From contig JAYWIR010000012.1 in NCBI GenBank assembly GCA_036172245.1, positions 4,092,001 to 4,156,000 on the forward strand: a stretch of DNA of 64,000 bases. Reading direction: 5' to 3'. Positions 50,001-63,729 of this stretch are shown here, piece after piece (position 1 is the first letter of the stretch; the number at the start of each line of letters is the position of its first letter). The notes beneath the pieces are model-generated. The model saw nothing but the letters and a program-made list of their open reading frames with translations. It was not told where the DNA came from and searched no databases. The DNA comes from Raillietiella orientalis. Lineage: Eukaryota. The translations under genes were made by a program, and so were the position numbers.

Positions 50001-53000
50001 AAAAAATTACATATGATAAGGAATGTACTGGCTAAAACAAGATATCCCATCATATAAGAGATTAATGTGTTTGAATTCAAAACAAAGTCATGAAAATGAA
50101 TTTTCTTCACGCTAAAAAAATCAAGGAAAACATCACACAGGGTTTTTAAGCTTATGTTCTCACTATTAGTATCCAAGTATATTTAATAATTATCTTTATG
50201 TGTTACATGTACACAGAACCTAATTCGTTTTTCATGTCTAAGGGTTTTAGAATACCCATAACTTGATGCCAGGAAAAAGTGAAAAAAAATGAAATCAAAT
50301 GAACTTGGAATCATAACTTTGCAATAATCTTTAATTTCCATTTCATATCAAGAATAATGAATGCCTTAGAAACATAATTACCTTATCCAGCTATAAAATG
50401 TGTTAAAATACGTAAATGAAGAGTTGATTTTATAACAAAAGTGGAATTCTTAACTCTTGGTTTTGGTTCAGTAGCCATATTTTTGCTATTATAATTTTGG
50501 TTTCTACTGTTAATATTTTCACACTGGTCTCACAAATATTTATCTTATTAGTGACACATTAAAAACAGTAAAATTAAATTGAAACTATACAAATACTCAA
50601 TGGACTCATTGAAGTAAAAATGGATTGCAAGTAAAAATCACTAATTAATAATAAATTTATTTATCATGTAACAAAACATGTAGCTTTTCATTTTAACTAA
50701 GAAAAATGTGTTACAATACATGGGAATACTGTTTTTTTTTAGACCCAAATCAACATCGGTGTTTAATGCTAAACTAAAACCGTGCATATGGCTTATAGTA
50801 ACATCAGGACTTAACACATCAAAGCAACGATCCAAACTAATACACAGAATACATTTTCCACATAAAGTAGTTATTTAACATGAACTTCAACAACAGTTAT
50901 ACTCACTCAGTGAAACCGGATGAAGTTTGATATCCAAATCTTTGTTACATAATTCAGAATCTCTGCAACACCCAACAACTACAGTATCATTCAACCCTTT
51001 AGCATGATGACACTGAACAGGGTTGTCAGGGGGTTGAAGCAATTGTTGATCCAAACAGCTAATTTGGAACAAAAGCACCAGAAACCCATTATATTTTTTG
51101 AAAGCTTAAGCTGAATAATACCAGCACCTTGCACAAACTTACATTAAGAAGCCCCAAGCAATTAAATAAGTACAATACATTTAGAAATGTTCATTATGTA
51201 CTCAACAGCTTAAGATTTAACTCTTAACTTATATGCATATGCTGAAATGCTATAATGACTGTATTGAAAAATAAATGACAATTTATACTTGACTTCAATA
51301 AATAAAAGTGAAGCCACATAGAAAGTCAAATTACATGTATATCATTTCCAATGAAACACAAAAGAATTCAGAAACTTACATTCAAATGCAAACTATTTAT
51401 TAGGAATGAAAATGCTCATGCTATTAGTTACAAAAAACTGTAGTGTGATACAATGAAGTGAAGTTATTATGCTGATAAACATGGTTGCAAAACAATCATG
51501 GGAGTGTATCAAGGGATTATAATTTCAATGTTTCTTACCTAAGACAGAAAAACCATAAGGATCTCTAGTACGATTTGTTATTCCAATATAATTAATTGTA
51601 GAAGGAAGATTTAAATTGCAGAAACTTTCATTCCAACAACACAGTCTAGTATAATTCCAAACTGATGAATGAAGAAATTTTTTACAAGCAATTGGGTTTT
51701 CAGGTGGAAATAATTTAATCTTCGATATGCACCTTTTTAGAAACAATCAGAAAAACAGAATAACTTTAAGCAGAAATAGACTGAATATGATTTTATTTTT
51801 ATATTTAAACCTTATTTGCAGCATTATGTAGCCTCTCTGTTAAATAATCAATTAATCATAGCCATCAAAAGTTATTAAAATTGATGATCAATGAGTCCTA
51901 TTATCAGAACTCTTATTATCTAGTAACTGTTGGATATAATTCTCATATAGGAATCTTATGTCTGAAAGACATTTGTGGAATAATTATCCACATTACATGC
52001 AGCAAAATTTTTTAAAACCAAGAGAACTTTTCAAATTTGCATTTCTGGAGCAGCATTCAGATACATAGAATGATTTTATATTCCATAAATTAAATGATAA
52101 TAAAAGCCAATAAAATCATGTTAGAAGATCCAAAACTGACATTTATGTAACTGATTTTTTTTATCATCTTATAATTTCATTTAAAACATGTACTCATAAA
52201 ATATTCAAATGAAAACATTTTATGAAATTCATTTCATTCCAACAAAAACACTAAAATTTAAATTAAATATTTATTTCCAAATCATAATCTACTTGTAAAT
52301 TTAGATCATAGTAACATTAAAAGAAGCCAAATGTTTTGTTTTGTGAATGTTTATCTATAGAAAACCAGCTAGATTACAACTTAGTACCAATGATGCGAAT
52401 GATTTATGTGAAATTTGCGTGTTCTTAAATCCAAAACACTTGCCTTCCACAAAAGCACCTAAATGGGAAACTTGGAAATCTCAAAGACCCCAAAACATCA
52501 CATGTGAACAAAGAAATCCTTCTCTCATCAGTAAGCATTCTCTCATTCAGAGGTGTGAATGCCTGTTAACAATGTTCCATATTCAATAGATGTTACAATA
52601 GATGACATTTTAAAGAAACATGCAAAAATGTAGATATGTGTAGGGAATGAAGCTCACATGTCCACTGTCGTATGTAAAATATATGTTTTTTAATTAATCT
52701 TTCACCAAACCACAAAAAGATAAAGCATACATCAATCACACTAAATTGAACATGAAAAACAGTAACCTTGCTACGTTACTTCCTAGTTTTCCCATCAATA
52801 GCAGTTTTACACACTGTCATAAAGATCATATTCAAAACTGCAATACAATCCACTGGGTTTCATAACACAAACTATTACTTGCTTGCAATATGCCATGTTA
52901 CATTTGCACCAAAATGGAAATGAATTGTACGATTTCATCCATATTATATTATTGAATTATCATTCATATGGTGTTTATACATATTCATGTATAAGAATGT

Positions 53001-56000
53001 ACTGCAATGGAAAACATATACTCTGATACACTTATCCAATCATTAAGAAAAGGTGCTTTTGTTCACCACTTGAGATTAAATGACATGTACACAAAAACAA
53101 TAGTAATATTGCTATGCAGGTATTTCATGCACAAGCCATCATGTTCTAAATGACCTCCTTATATTACAGTACAGTTTCAAACTCTAAATTTTGGAATTGC
53201 ATTTCTTGTCTTTTGATTTTAACCAATCAATCAATGAATATCAAAGTTTAAAATAGAAACACACATCAAACAATTGCAAACACACATTTATAGGAATCAC
53301 TTGAATAAAAAACAATCACCACCATCTGTGAATGGTTCTTAAAAGAATTGACTATGTTTAAATTCCATCAAGCTGTTGAATTTTTCAATCTTGAAGGATT
53401 AACGATTTCAATTTTCAATTATGCTAAAAGTTGGCTTACTTCATACACTCATAAAAATCACAGAACTATTTTCTTGTTCATGAAATGTTTCCTCCCTCCT
53501 TTTTCATACTAATGACACAAGCTTAATTCATCAACCTACTAGAAATTACAATTTCCAATACTGTACAAAAACACCTGTATTTTTGAACTCCAAACTCTAG
53601 TCATTTAATTTCTTTCCTTTATTAATGAGCAATGATGTCTTGAGTATTTTGAAAATAACATTACAAAATCCAAAAATCTCTTAACAATAATTATCAAGTA
53701 TTTAAAGATACTTTGTAACAAATCTAATCTCATGTGAGTGACTATTCCGAACAAATGAGCAAAAGTATCATTATACCTTGGTAGTAAACAACTACTTTTG
53801 GATGAACTTTGGTACAGCTGCTAGAAAGAAGAAAAAAAGAAACTTTCATGTTCACACAAAATTAAATTAATTCTTGAATTCTTGACCACTAATGAATTTC
53901 AAGGTGGTGGAAACTATTATTAAATAATCCTTTGCATCTTTAAACACCAATTTTTATAAACTAACAAATGAATGATCAAAGCCATTCAACTGTGTTCGAG
54001 TATTTGTGCATTTCTCAAACAGTGCATATATACAAATCAAAACCACATAATTCAAAGCACATATTTCTTCACCTGAATCACATATACTATGTCAGAAAAC
54101 ACACTAAACATGAACTACTACTCAAAAGAGATTTTCACTAATGTGGATATATACTTAGAAGATTCCTTTCTGTGAATGTTCCATTTCTGATACCAGCACA
54201 GAAATTTATGTAGAAAGCAGATGGACACAATGTAATTTTTGATTCACTTGTGCTTCCTTCGTTTCTTCTATAATTAAAGCATGAATAATTAAAGTATAAT
54301 CTGCTGAACTGAATTATTGAACTAATAATGAACAATGGTTTACTTCTTTACATGAATTCCCCACTTTTATAATGTCTCAGGTTCATAACAGAATCTTAGA
54401 ATAACTTGAATAAGCATAGGAACAAACAGTCTCATTGATCTGTCTTTTGTTTTGGCTTGGAAACATATACAAACCAAATATATACTGACCAAAAGTTAAA
54501 AGACCTAAAAACATAAGTGCTGCATTTTTAAAATGCAACATATTTAATTATTCAAAACTTTCAGTATTTACTTGTGACATAAAATGTTTTGAAATAGAAA
54601 CAAACCTAACCACACCAAGCATTCAAGGAGAATTTTCGAATTAACAATGATACAGTAGTGAACGATAATTAATAATTTTTGTAATTAAAATGATCTAAAC
54701 ATGACTTTCAAAGGGTTTTACGTGAAAGAGACAAATAATTAATCTGGATAAACACGGATTCTAAATGAATATAGACATGATCAAAAGAAAACACAAAAGT
54801 ACATTGCAAAACAGCAGTAATACATGTAGAACTGCTTGCACAACTTCAAAGTTTTGCAGGATCACGGAATGAATCGATATAATTCAAATAAAATATCCCC
54901 AATTCCATATATGATGCATAAAGCAAAATTATAATCCTTGAAAACACAAAGTACAAACACATTGAACTAATGTTAAGTATGGAACAAATTAGCATTAAAA
55001 CCAAATCCATGTACAAAAAAATCATTTTGTCCAAATAGTGGGTACATTAACTGCCACATACTTTGAAGCAAATCAACCACGATTAAAGGAAATAAACAAA
55101 TATTTACTAATCTTCTAACCTTGTTTAAACATTAATAAATTTCACAGTAATTTCACAAAATATTATATCTACAGTGCGAGTTGAACATCTTCGTTTCAAA
55201 TAAAAAGTTTATGCAAATGGAAGCATTCTAATTTAATTAGCATTAACAGTGAACTTCAATTACTATAAACCATGCCATATCCCTTGCTTGGAAACCCAAG
55301 CATATATCATAAATATATAGAAAACTGTGCAAACATGATGAAAGTTACGAACACTAACTTGCTACTCTAATGCATAATGAGGTCATATTCTAATTCTGCA
55401 ATGCATTCCTCCTGTCAACTCAGCATGCATAAATTTCTATCCTTCCATAAATGAAATTTACTCTCCTAATTTTTTATTGTCAAAGATTTAAAGAGCATTT
55501 GCACATACTTGAACACGTTAATTTTAAAGACTAAATTAAATCTGCAACATCAGGACATGAAGTTGATCCCACACTTGGGAAATGACCAAATTGTGCAAAT
55601 TAGTTAACTAATGTCAGCTATGATTCATTATGACACAAATGCATAGAGATGCCAACAGATTAAAGATTCTGGATGATGCATCCCTTGCTTTTATAGACTT
55701 CCTAGAACTATTTTTTTCAGTTTGCAATGGTGGGCAGGCCAGAAGTTACAGAAATACGCAAAGACTTTTCTAACTTCAAATAAAATAACAAAAAATTGAT
55801 AATGTATACTTTGAATATATCAAACTAATGCAATCCAATACAAGCACTCAGCATATTACATAATAACATAAGAGTTAAAATCAACATATTTTAAATAAAC
55901 ATGACATAATTTCAACAATGTTTGCATTATTGAATTTTGTAAAATTATATTGCGTTTATTACCTGTAGCTATGAATGATTTTTGTTTTTTCTCGGTACAC

Positions 56001-56350
56001 AGATTTAAAACAAAAACCATCAGTTTCACATTCCAAACCGGGACATGTATCACAATAACAAGTAAGACCTAAAACGAAAATTAATCAGCTCTTATTTCAT
56101 ACAAAATACAAATAGTCTAGCAAATGAATTTAAGAATCTATAGCATAAGCAACATGTACCTTACACATGGAGATTTGGTATAAAAATACTGAATTACAAT
56201 GAAAGCATTTAAATTATCCAGATGGGACAACAAATCACAACTTAATATATATTCCAATATAGCAGTTAAAGGAAAACCAATCTTACCATCAGATATGCAG
56301 TTAAGCTGCAAAAAGAACAAAAATTTCAATACTGACTGGGAAACTTCCAT
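47037..56350 (-). CDS. babo: TGF-beta/activin type I receptor kinase (baboon/ALK4-5-7 class), alternatively spliced, 508 or 522 aa
   Basis: Exons 56287-56350 (signal), 55963-56068 ([16 protein letters not shown]), alternative 51539-51732 or 50907-51058, 48076-48327 ([10 protein letters not shown]), 47799-48029 and 47037-47758. GS box, L45 loop ADNKDNGTW (Smad2/3 type), HRDLKSKN and GTKRYMAPE. Confidence 0.95.
50907..51058 (-). CDS. babo: alternative ectodomain exon B of the type I receptor
   Basis: TAG acceptor and GTGAGT donor, phase 2 in and 1 out. Encodes [26 protein letters not shown]. Confidence 0.9.
51539..51732 (-). CDS. babo: alternative ectodomain exon A of the type I receptor
   Basis: AAG acceptor and GTAAGA donor, phase 2 in and 1 out. 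Encodes [26 protein letters not shown]. Confidence 0.9.
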
Positions 56351-59300
56351 AAGTTAACCTTCAAGTAACATCACAGATTAACTTAGGGCACTATGATGCT
56401 GATATACAAAGAAATCATTTCTTTAATACTAGAAGGAAATTCACCACCATCTTCAAAAAATTAGGCGATGATGGTTTGATTTTCAAGAATCATTGTGAGG
56501 GATCACTCAATAAAGTTCTTTCATTGGTTGTTTATAAAGTCTGATTCAATTTGCAAAAGTACTGACAGGTGCTAAAAGAGCCTGATGACATGACGATAAA
56601 TGTTTGTTATATTTCTCCAACAAACATGTGGACTGAAATGTGAACCAAGTTCTGCACAGGGAGGCAATAAGTTAAACAACACAGTTGTTTATGTTAACAA
56701 CAAAATCACTTCTGCTTTGTCAGACATATACGAAAAAAACTTTTCCACTGTTAAAACAATGTATTATTATGAAATTATTTCATGCAAATGCACAATGTAA
56801 TCTTCACAACCACTGTTGGCTACGTATTATGTAATGAAAAAACTTGCAAAAATAGCACTTTAGAGGGCTTCGGAAACAAGCAAGGTCATAAAGGGCTAAT
56901 AAAAGATTTGGGAATGTGTTAACACAATTTGCATGTTCATATGCATTGGTACCCAGGACACATTCACATAGTATAATACAGACATAGTAAGTTCATGCAA
57001 ATGGTAGAAGTCGCCTTATTTTCTTTCGATGGGGTAAACTTTGAACATAAAAGACCTTTTAAATTGTATTTCAAGCATCTAATTATTATGATGATTAAGA
57101 CTGAAGGCCATGGAAACGAAACTAAAACAGTACACATTTAGTAACAAAGCAAAACACTGATTCCACAAGAAAGCAAACATGATATGAATAATGGAAACCT
57201 ATTGATTCGTTTTCCATTCAATTGAATGGAAAAACTGTTGAAGGATCCTGTAAATTTTTCGAAAGTTATTCACAGAAAGTTATTTATGCACATTGCAAAA
57301 AGATCCGAAATTGTTGAGATCATAAACAATGGCATAATTTACTGATTTGTGTCCGTAACTTAAAATCTCGAACATGCTGTATGTAAAATCTGGGCATACA
57401 CGTCTAAACAAACAAATAAATAGAATATTTACTTATGTTTACTTAAGTACAAGAATTGTAAGTGTTCTAAAATGAGTACACTACGATTCACTACCGTGTA
57501 GACACTTTGATTCTAAACATATTTGAGTATTAAACAAATACTTTAAATATATATGTGTGTGTGCATACATATATAAAGCAGAAACTCTAACCTAATCAAA
57601 TACATAGAGCGTAAAAAACTTGAAAATCAAATATATACATCTGCTTAACAGTAATGCCTGACATTTATTAGGAAAGAGGGGAACTGCATGCCTTGCACAT
57701 GTTAGCATTTCATAAGAATTGGTTACCCAAACGAGGGTACAGTTAAGGAGACCAATTGTCCTCGCTAATATCACGGGTCAGGAATGCGAAGAAAAATTTC
57801 TTTTTAGAGCCAATTTTCTGAAACAGCATTTTCTAGGTTCTCTAAACTAAAATATTTGCTCGTTAAAAGTAATTAACCGATAAAAGTAATTAGTGCGCTG
57901 CACGTTCATGTGCAGTTTGTAAACTGAAATTCATGCATAAACAAATGTTATTTATCTTATTATCTGCTGCACGAATTAACAATTTGCCTGAAACCGTTCC
58001 CTTTTACCAACTCGCTAAAATAACACAGCTGGAAGAACACATACACGTCTATACAAATTTTACTTTCGCATAATAAAAATAGAAGAAAATTTCATCTTAT
58101 TTTCTCATCGAAACACTAGGCAGAAGAATTATTTGAAATGAAACATTTGAAAATAATTTTCATAGGTTTATTTTACTTTTTACCAAAATTTTGTATAAGC
58201 TATTACTAAGGTTTAAATTGTCAATATTACAGACTACAACTTAATAATATTGACAGTTTACGTCTTTTCGTATGAATGAACGTCACTACCTCATAAATAA
58301 AAATCTCAAATGATATACAAGAGGCAAGCAGACTAATTCAATGGAAAAACGAAAGTGAGAGAACGCTCTTCAAAATGAGCTCAGATTAAAATAAATTATG
58401 AAAAGAAATATAGTGAAGAAGGTTTTTATCTACTTAGTAATTTCTATCTCCTTTTATATTCCTTTATTTATTAACAAATATCAGCAGCTACCATTTACGT
58501 AAGTAGCAAGTCAGCGTGAAAAGCTGCCTGAGGTTGAATAATTAAATAAAATGCTGAAAGTTCGAAACAATCAATAACTGATATCTTACTGCAAAGTTGT
58601 TACATAGTACACTATTTGCATTAATAAACAAAAATTCTCGGGTACTCTTATTTTAGATGGAAAGAATCGTGGATCTCGCAATTTCATTCGATAAAATTAG
58701 GTATAAAATTAAACTTAATTAAAACACTGTATACATTGGCATTCTTTCATATTGGAAAATGATTTAAATTGACAAGAAAGTTTAATCGCAGATACTTAGT
58801 ACAAAGCATGAACGGTGATCTAAACTCTGAAAGATTTACTAAACCATACATTCGATTATTCACATTTCACTTTGTCATTATTGCAAGCTTTGACTGGAAC
58901 TATCCTTATTTATTAAAGGAAACAATTGTACGCATGCTGTTTGAAGTTCCTTTTCCTTAAACGCTGCTATACTGTTTAATGTAAACAGTTTCAATGCATG
59001 TTAGATTATAACGGTTCCTGAAATCATCTATAGGGCTGTACAGGTAGAAAAGCATTGATGTATTTGATTATATCGTGATTCAAATTCTAAAAATTCAAAT
59101 TTACGAGGGTTACGATTGATTAAATTATCAGTGATATGAAATATGATAATTTTGTGCTGATATACTTGACCTTTACAATAAAAATTGTTTTAACAGTATA
59201 AAAAAGATGGATTGGAACAAGTTCTGTTTTTGTTCCTATTCTCTTTAGATGGATTTAAAGATGTTCGCTTCATCTTGCTGGTTTCAAAGTATATGATGAC

Positions 59301-59738
59301 TTACTAATATTTCTTCGGTATTATTCCTTATTCTTGAGTAATGATCCAAAATTTTGGAGAAATCCAAAATCCAAGATTTAAGTATGCTTTTACAAAAATT
59401 TATCTAGGAAATGTTTTGTTTTGAAAATTTAATATCATTGTTATAAATTCCAAAATTGTTCTTAATTTATTTTTATTTGAATCTGTATTCACTTTTGAAA
59501 TTACAGATTCCAAATTTAACCATTGTGTGAAAATTAGCGAAAAATACAGTGCATAAGCAAAATTCTTATTTGGCAATACTATGTTTCCGGTAATAACTTA
59601 CGTAGCATGAGGGTTTGCTGTATGTTGCTGTGGTTGTGACTTCCAAGTCGTCTTTAAATATTTCCCATTACGTAATAATGCTAGTTTATACAGTTTTGTG
59701 ATCATACAGTATTTCGCTCCGTTCTTCTTTACGATGAC

Positions 59739-59925
59739 TATCGATATTGAATTTCCTTGATTTGATACCAACTTATATTATACCAACGTTCTATAAAGTT
59801 TGAACAGTTGTGGTAGCATTTTTACTAAGTACTGAAAATGATGTATGATTTAGTGCTGGTGTACTTAGTGTTTGCGAACTTATTAAATTCACTTTCATTA
59901 ATATAGATTTCCTTTTGACTTTTCA
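59739..59925 (+). promoter_or_regulatory. RpS7 core promoter: DRE-like TATCGATA and TCT/5'TOP pyrimidine initiator
   Basis: TATCGATA at 59739-59746 and TTTCCTTTTGACTTTTC at about 59908-59924, followed by a probable 5'-UTR intron (59942-60100) ending 4 nt before the ATG. Confidence 0.55.
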
Positions 59926-60104
59926 CTGAGACGCATTTCACGTGTTTATCAACAGTTTAATTTTTGGTTGGAGTTCATTGTAATGCATATTTGCAATGGT
60001 AAATTGTGAAATGTATGTTTCCCATGCATTTTCTTGTAATGGGCTTATGATAACTTTTTATATATGAATAATTTTGTTTTCTAAAATTCTTTATTGTTAG
60101 GAAA

Positions 60105-60834
60105 ATGGCTCCAACTACAAAGTTTAGAAAAATTGTTAAATTTGGTAAGGAACCAGATCTTACCAAAATCGAAAGAGACATTGATCATGCTGTTCAAGAA
60201 TTAGAAACAAACAGTGATATGAAAGCCCAGATACGAAAACTAAATATGAGTGCTGCAATGGAAATTGATGTCTCTGGCAAAAAAGTATATCAAGAGTTTT
60301 TTTCTGGAATCTGTTGATTATGCTTTCGTTTAGGTTATTATTATCTTTGTTCCTGTGCCTCAGTTGAAGGACTTTCAAAAAATTCAAACAAGGATGGTCA
60401 GAGAATTGGAAAAGAAATTCAGTGGCAAACATGTTGTATTAATTGCCCAAAGAAAAATATTGCCTAAACCAACTCGAAAAATGAAACTGAAAAACAAGCA
60501 AAAAAGGCCAAGAAGGTAATTGATTTTGTTAAGATGTCTATACTTTATATTCTAATTTCAGCCGTACTCTAACAGCTGTGCATGATGCCATTCTTGAAGA
60601 TCTTGTATTTCCTGCAGAGATAGTAGGAAAAAGAACACGTATCCGTCTTGATGGAGCAAGGCAGCTGAAAGTTCACTTAGATAAAACACAGCAAACAAAT
60701 ATTGAACACAAGGTATAATTCTTGTTTTAATTTAAACGTTTAATTGTGTATTTTAGCTGGAAACCTTTTCTGCTGTGTACAAACGACTTACTGGAAAAGA
60801 TGTAAAGTTTGAGTTTCCAGAACCATATTTATGA
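60105..60834 (+). CDS. RPS7: 40S ribosomal protein S7 (eS7), 4 coding exons, 196 aa
   Basis: Exons 60105-60284, 60334-60515, 60562-60712 and 60757-60834 total 591 nt. Motifs [37 protein letters not shown] and [20 protein letters not shown] at 60843. Confidence 0.97.
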
Positions 60835-63729
60835 AATAATGAAATAAAAGCCAGTGAATACGTTTTATGTATGTTTTGCTTTTCTTCATAGTGTTATCTA
60901 GTATGTTCATGGTTAAGTATGTAAGCAGTCTATATATTGCACAATATCTACATACATAGTATTAGTTAGGAAATGAGTCTATTTTGTTTGTTTTTGTTTT
61001 TTGAATGGAGTTGCATGTTTGGATTTAACATGAACTTTGTAGTATGTGTGCTTGTGTTTGTATCTTCTGAAATTAGAACACAATACATGGGTTACTGTCT
61101 GCAAGAATTGTAAGTAAAGAACTTCATGTGCAAAATATGCTGTTGTTCAGAAACATCTTTAGTGAGTTCTTTATTTTAAAACTTTGTCTTTTTTGTAGAT
61201 ATTCAGAAAGATGTATTGAATTTTGTGAGTGTTCCAGTTGATTGTTGACTTACTAAAAATGCAAACAACAATTTCTCTCACTTTGAACTGTATTATCTGC
61301 AACAAAATGACCAGTTTTGCATATGTCTAAAAGTTTTTTCTTCTTCTTTCGAAAACCAGAACTTATGATTTTAAAGTGTTTTCCAAAAACTGATTTGTAT
61401 TAAACTTTTCCATAAAGTGCTTGGGTATCTTGCTAGTGTTAGCATATGTAAGTACTACATTATATGCTTGGTGGGTGCACATTAAGCTCATTAAATAAAA
61501 AAATTAAAGTAACAAATAGCACATTATGAATTGTTGACTGTTTTGCAGGTTCTGACATGCACTTTAGTTTCACATACTGTGTGTTTGTAAGCATGCCATC
61601 TTTGCTATCAGAAACAGGTATGCATGCTGAAAAGTAATGGCCCATGCTTCTAGCATGTTTACTGTATTGTCAGAGTTCTGGATATGAAACATCCAAGAAG
61701 TTCCTACATATCATGTAAAGGTTTTCTTGAACTCCCTTGGATATTTCAAAAGGCAGGATTTATTTGTTTATAGGTGCACATTCAAACAGAATTTGATTTG
61801 TTGAGCACAGGTCTGTTTGATGAGTCCTTTTTTTTTTTTTTGATTAAAAATTGTTCAGTATCTTTGGTGGACACACCTTTTTTCAGGTGCCCTTTCACGA
61901 ATTTTCCAACAAGGACTGCTGCAGAATTTCCATCAGTTGCACACAAGGAACATATTTTGTTTTTTGCTTTGAGGTTTTTCAGTTCAAGTAGCGATGTTTT
62001 TTATTTACCAACTTATGTGTTTGCTTGTTCCCCATTTTACATTTCTACCAGGAATGTTATCTGATATACATTCAATGCATATTGGGGAAAAAGTCGTATT
62101 TTTCGCCAAGAGTTTTTTTGCATAAAAAATGTATCTGTGAAAGTTTAAAATACTGTTGACCTTGAGGGTTCAGTGAAGTAGTAACATGGTAAAGTAGATG
62201 ACATAACATATGCGAATAATTTTCCTTGTTGCACATTTTAAAACTGCGACCAAGTAGCAGTACAATTCTAAAGATTCAAATAACCGGAAACGTGTTGCAC
62301 AGTCAGCTCACAAGAAACAGGACATTTGGGGAGTGGATGGCCCACAGAAGTGTGTTAATGGGGTTATAGGCAATAATAATCATTCCTTAAATTTTGCAGG
62401 CCTGTGAAATGACTTCACAAGTTTCGATTTGCAGTTAGATTTCTTCTTGCTTCGAAGCAAAATAGCATGCAGTCTTTTAATTCTTCTCAGCACAGACTCA
62501 TGAGTGAAATATGTGAGCCGGATTTGCAAAGTGGAGATCTGTGGAAGTTCATCCAGTCAATCTTCCATGTGAACGCAGTCTTCCTCTCGTCTTGCTGATA
62601 TCTACATTTACATCTTGATGCTAGTTCGGGCTTTGTTTTACCATTCGAATTTGTTTGTCTTCTGACTGTGATCGATATTTGAGAAAGAACTGTCCCCTTA
62701 GTTACGTGACTGCAAACGATACTCCTACCATAGCTGAATTCGTCTCACCTCTGCATTTCTGGTATCAGTTTTTTTTTTTTTTTTTTTTTGGGTGGGGCTT
62801 TCTCGTGGAATCGAATCAAACTCTGCACGGCATGCCGATTCTTGGAGAAAACATTTAATCATAAGGTGGACGAGAACGAAGATGTGAATATGTACTAACG
62901 TACCTTTATTTCAAAACCTGGTTTACTGATTTGAAGTTTTGAAGTGATATGATTCAACTTACTGAGGCAAAACTTTCTTGAAAGATGAGGTGACTGCGTA
63001 TGAATTCACAATTTCAGATCCCATTGCACAACTCCAAATTGTCGTGGAAACGAGTCTAACAGCGGCGCAAAATGTAGGAATGCAAACCTTGAGTTGTTTC
63101 TTGTATATTGCATGCAAGGTTTGCACGTCAGATAAACTTGCAAGATCTGCTTTCGGTGTGTATACTGCAAAGGTTTTTGCTTATCAGTGAAAGCCTTCTG
63201 TCACCTCTTTTTATCCTTACAAAGCAACCACATTAAATGAACACAGTTGTGGCACTCAATGGACTCCTACATTGGCTTGCTCCGCTGAATAGGGGAAGAA
63301 CCCACAGAGTTGCAAGAAGACCCCTCTTAAGTTCCTGAGCTCTCCCAACGTTAGCAGCATTAGGTCCGCCGACCTTGTAAGTTCGCTGATAACCCAAGGC
63401 TGACTTCAGAAAAACTGCATCTCCTGTTTGTCCACAAGACTGTTATGAAGACAACTTTTATATAGCTTATCGTTGGGAGTCAATAACGAACTGTGCTGAG
63501 GCGAGTGCTTCCGCTTCATCTGCTTCGGCTAAATGTCCCATGTTTTTCATACTGGGCCGAGAAAAATAAAATCTCCTCCTCCTTGAAATCAGCCTCTTTC
63601 CTGCGGGGTTCCTTGCGATGTGGTGAAATCCCAGCCTCTTTATGGTTCGTGTATCTCCGTGATCGAGTCCCTCTTCCAAATTTTTCCATCTTTGCGAATC
63701 CATCCTTGGTTTTGGTATCGGGTCCATTT

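Noticed and set aside
48785..54865. Further Cys-containing stretches in the receptor cassette (about 48790-48899, 50700-50836, 52810-52915 and 54783-54860)
   Set aside because: They have in-frame stops or lack phase-compatible splice sites, and Cys codons arise easily in TpG-rich DNA. Old relics cannot be excluded.
59942..60100. Intronic snoRNA in the RpS7 5'-UTR intron
   Set aside because: Two weak hairpins, but no convincing C/D or H/ACA boxes.
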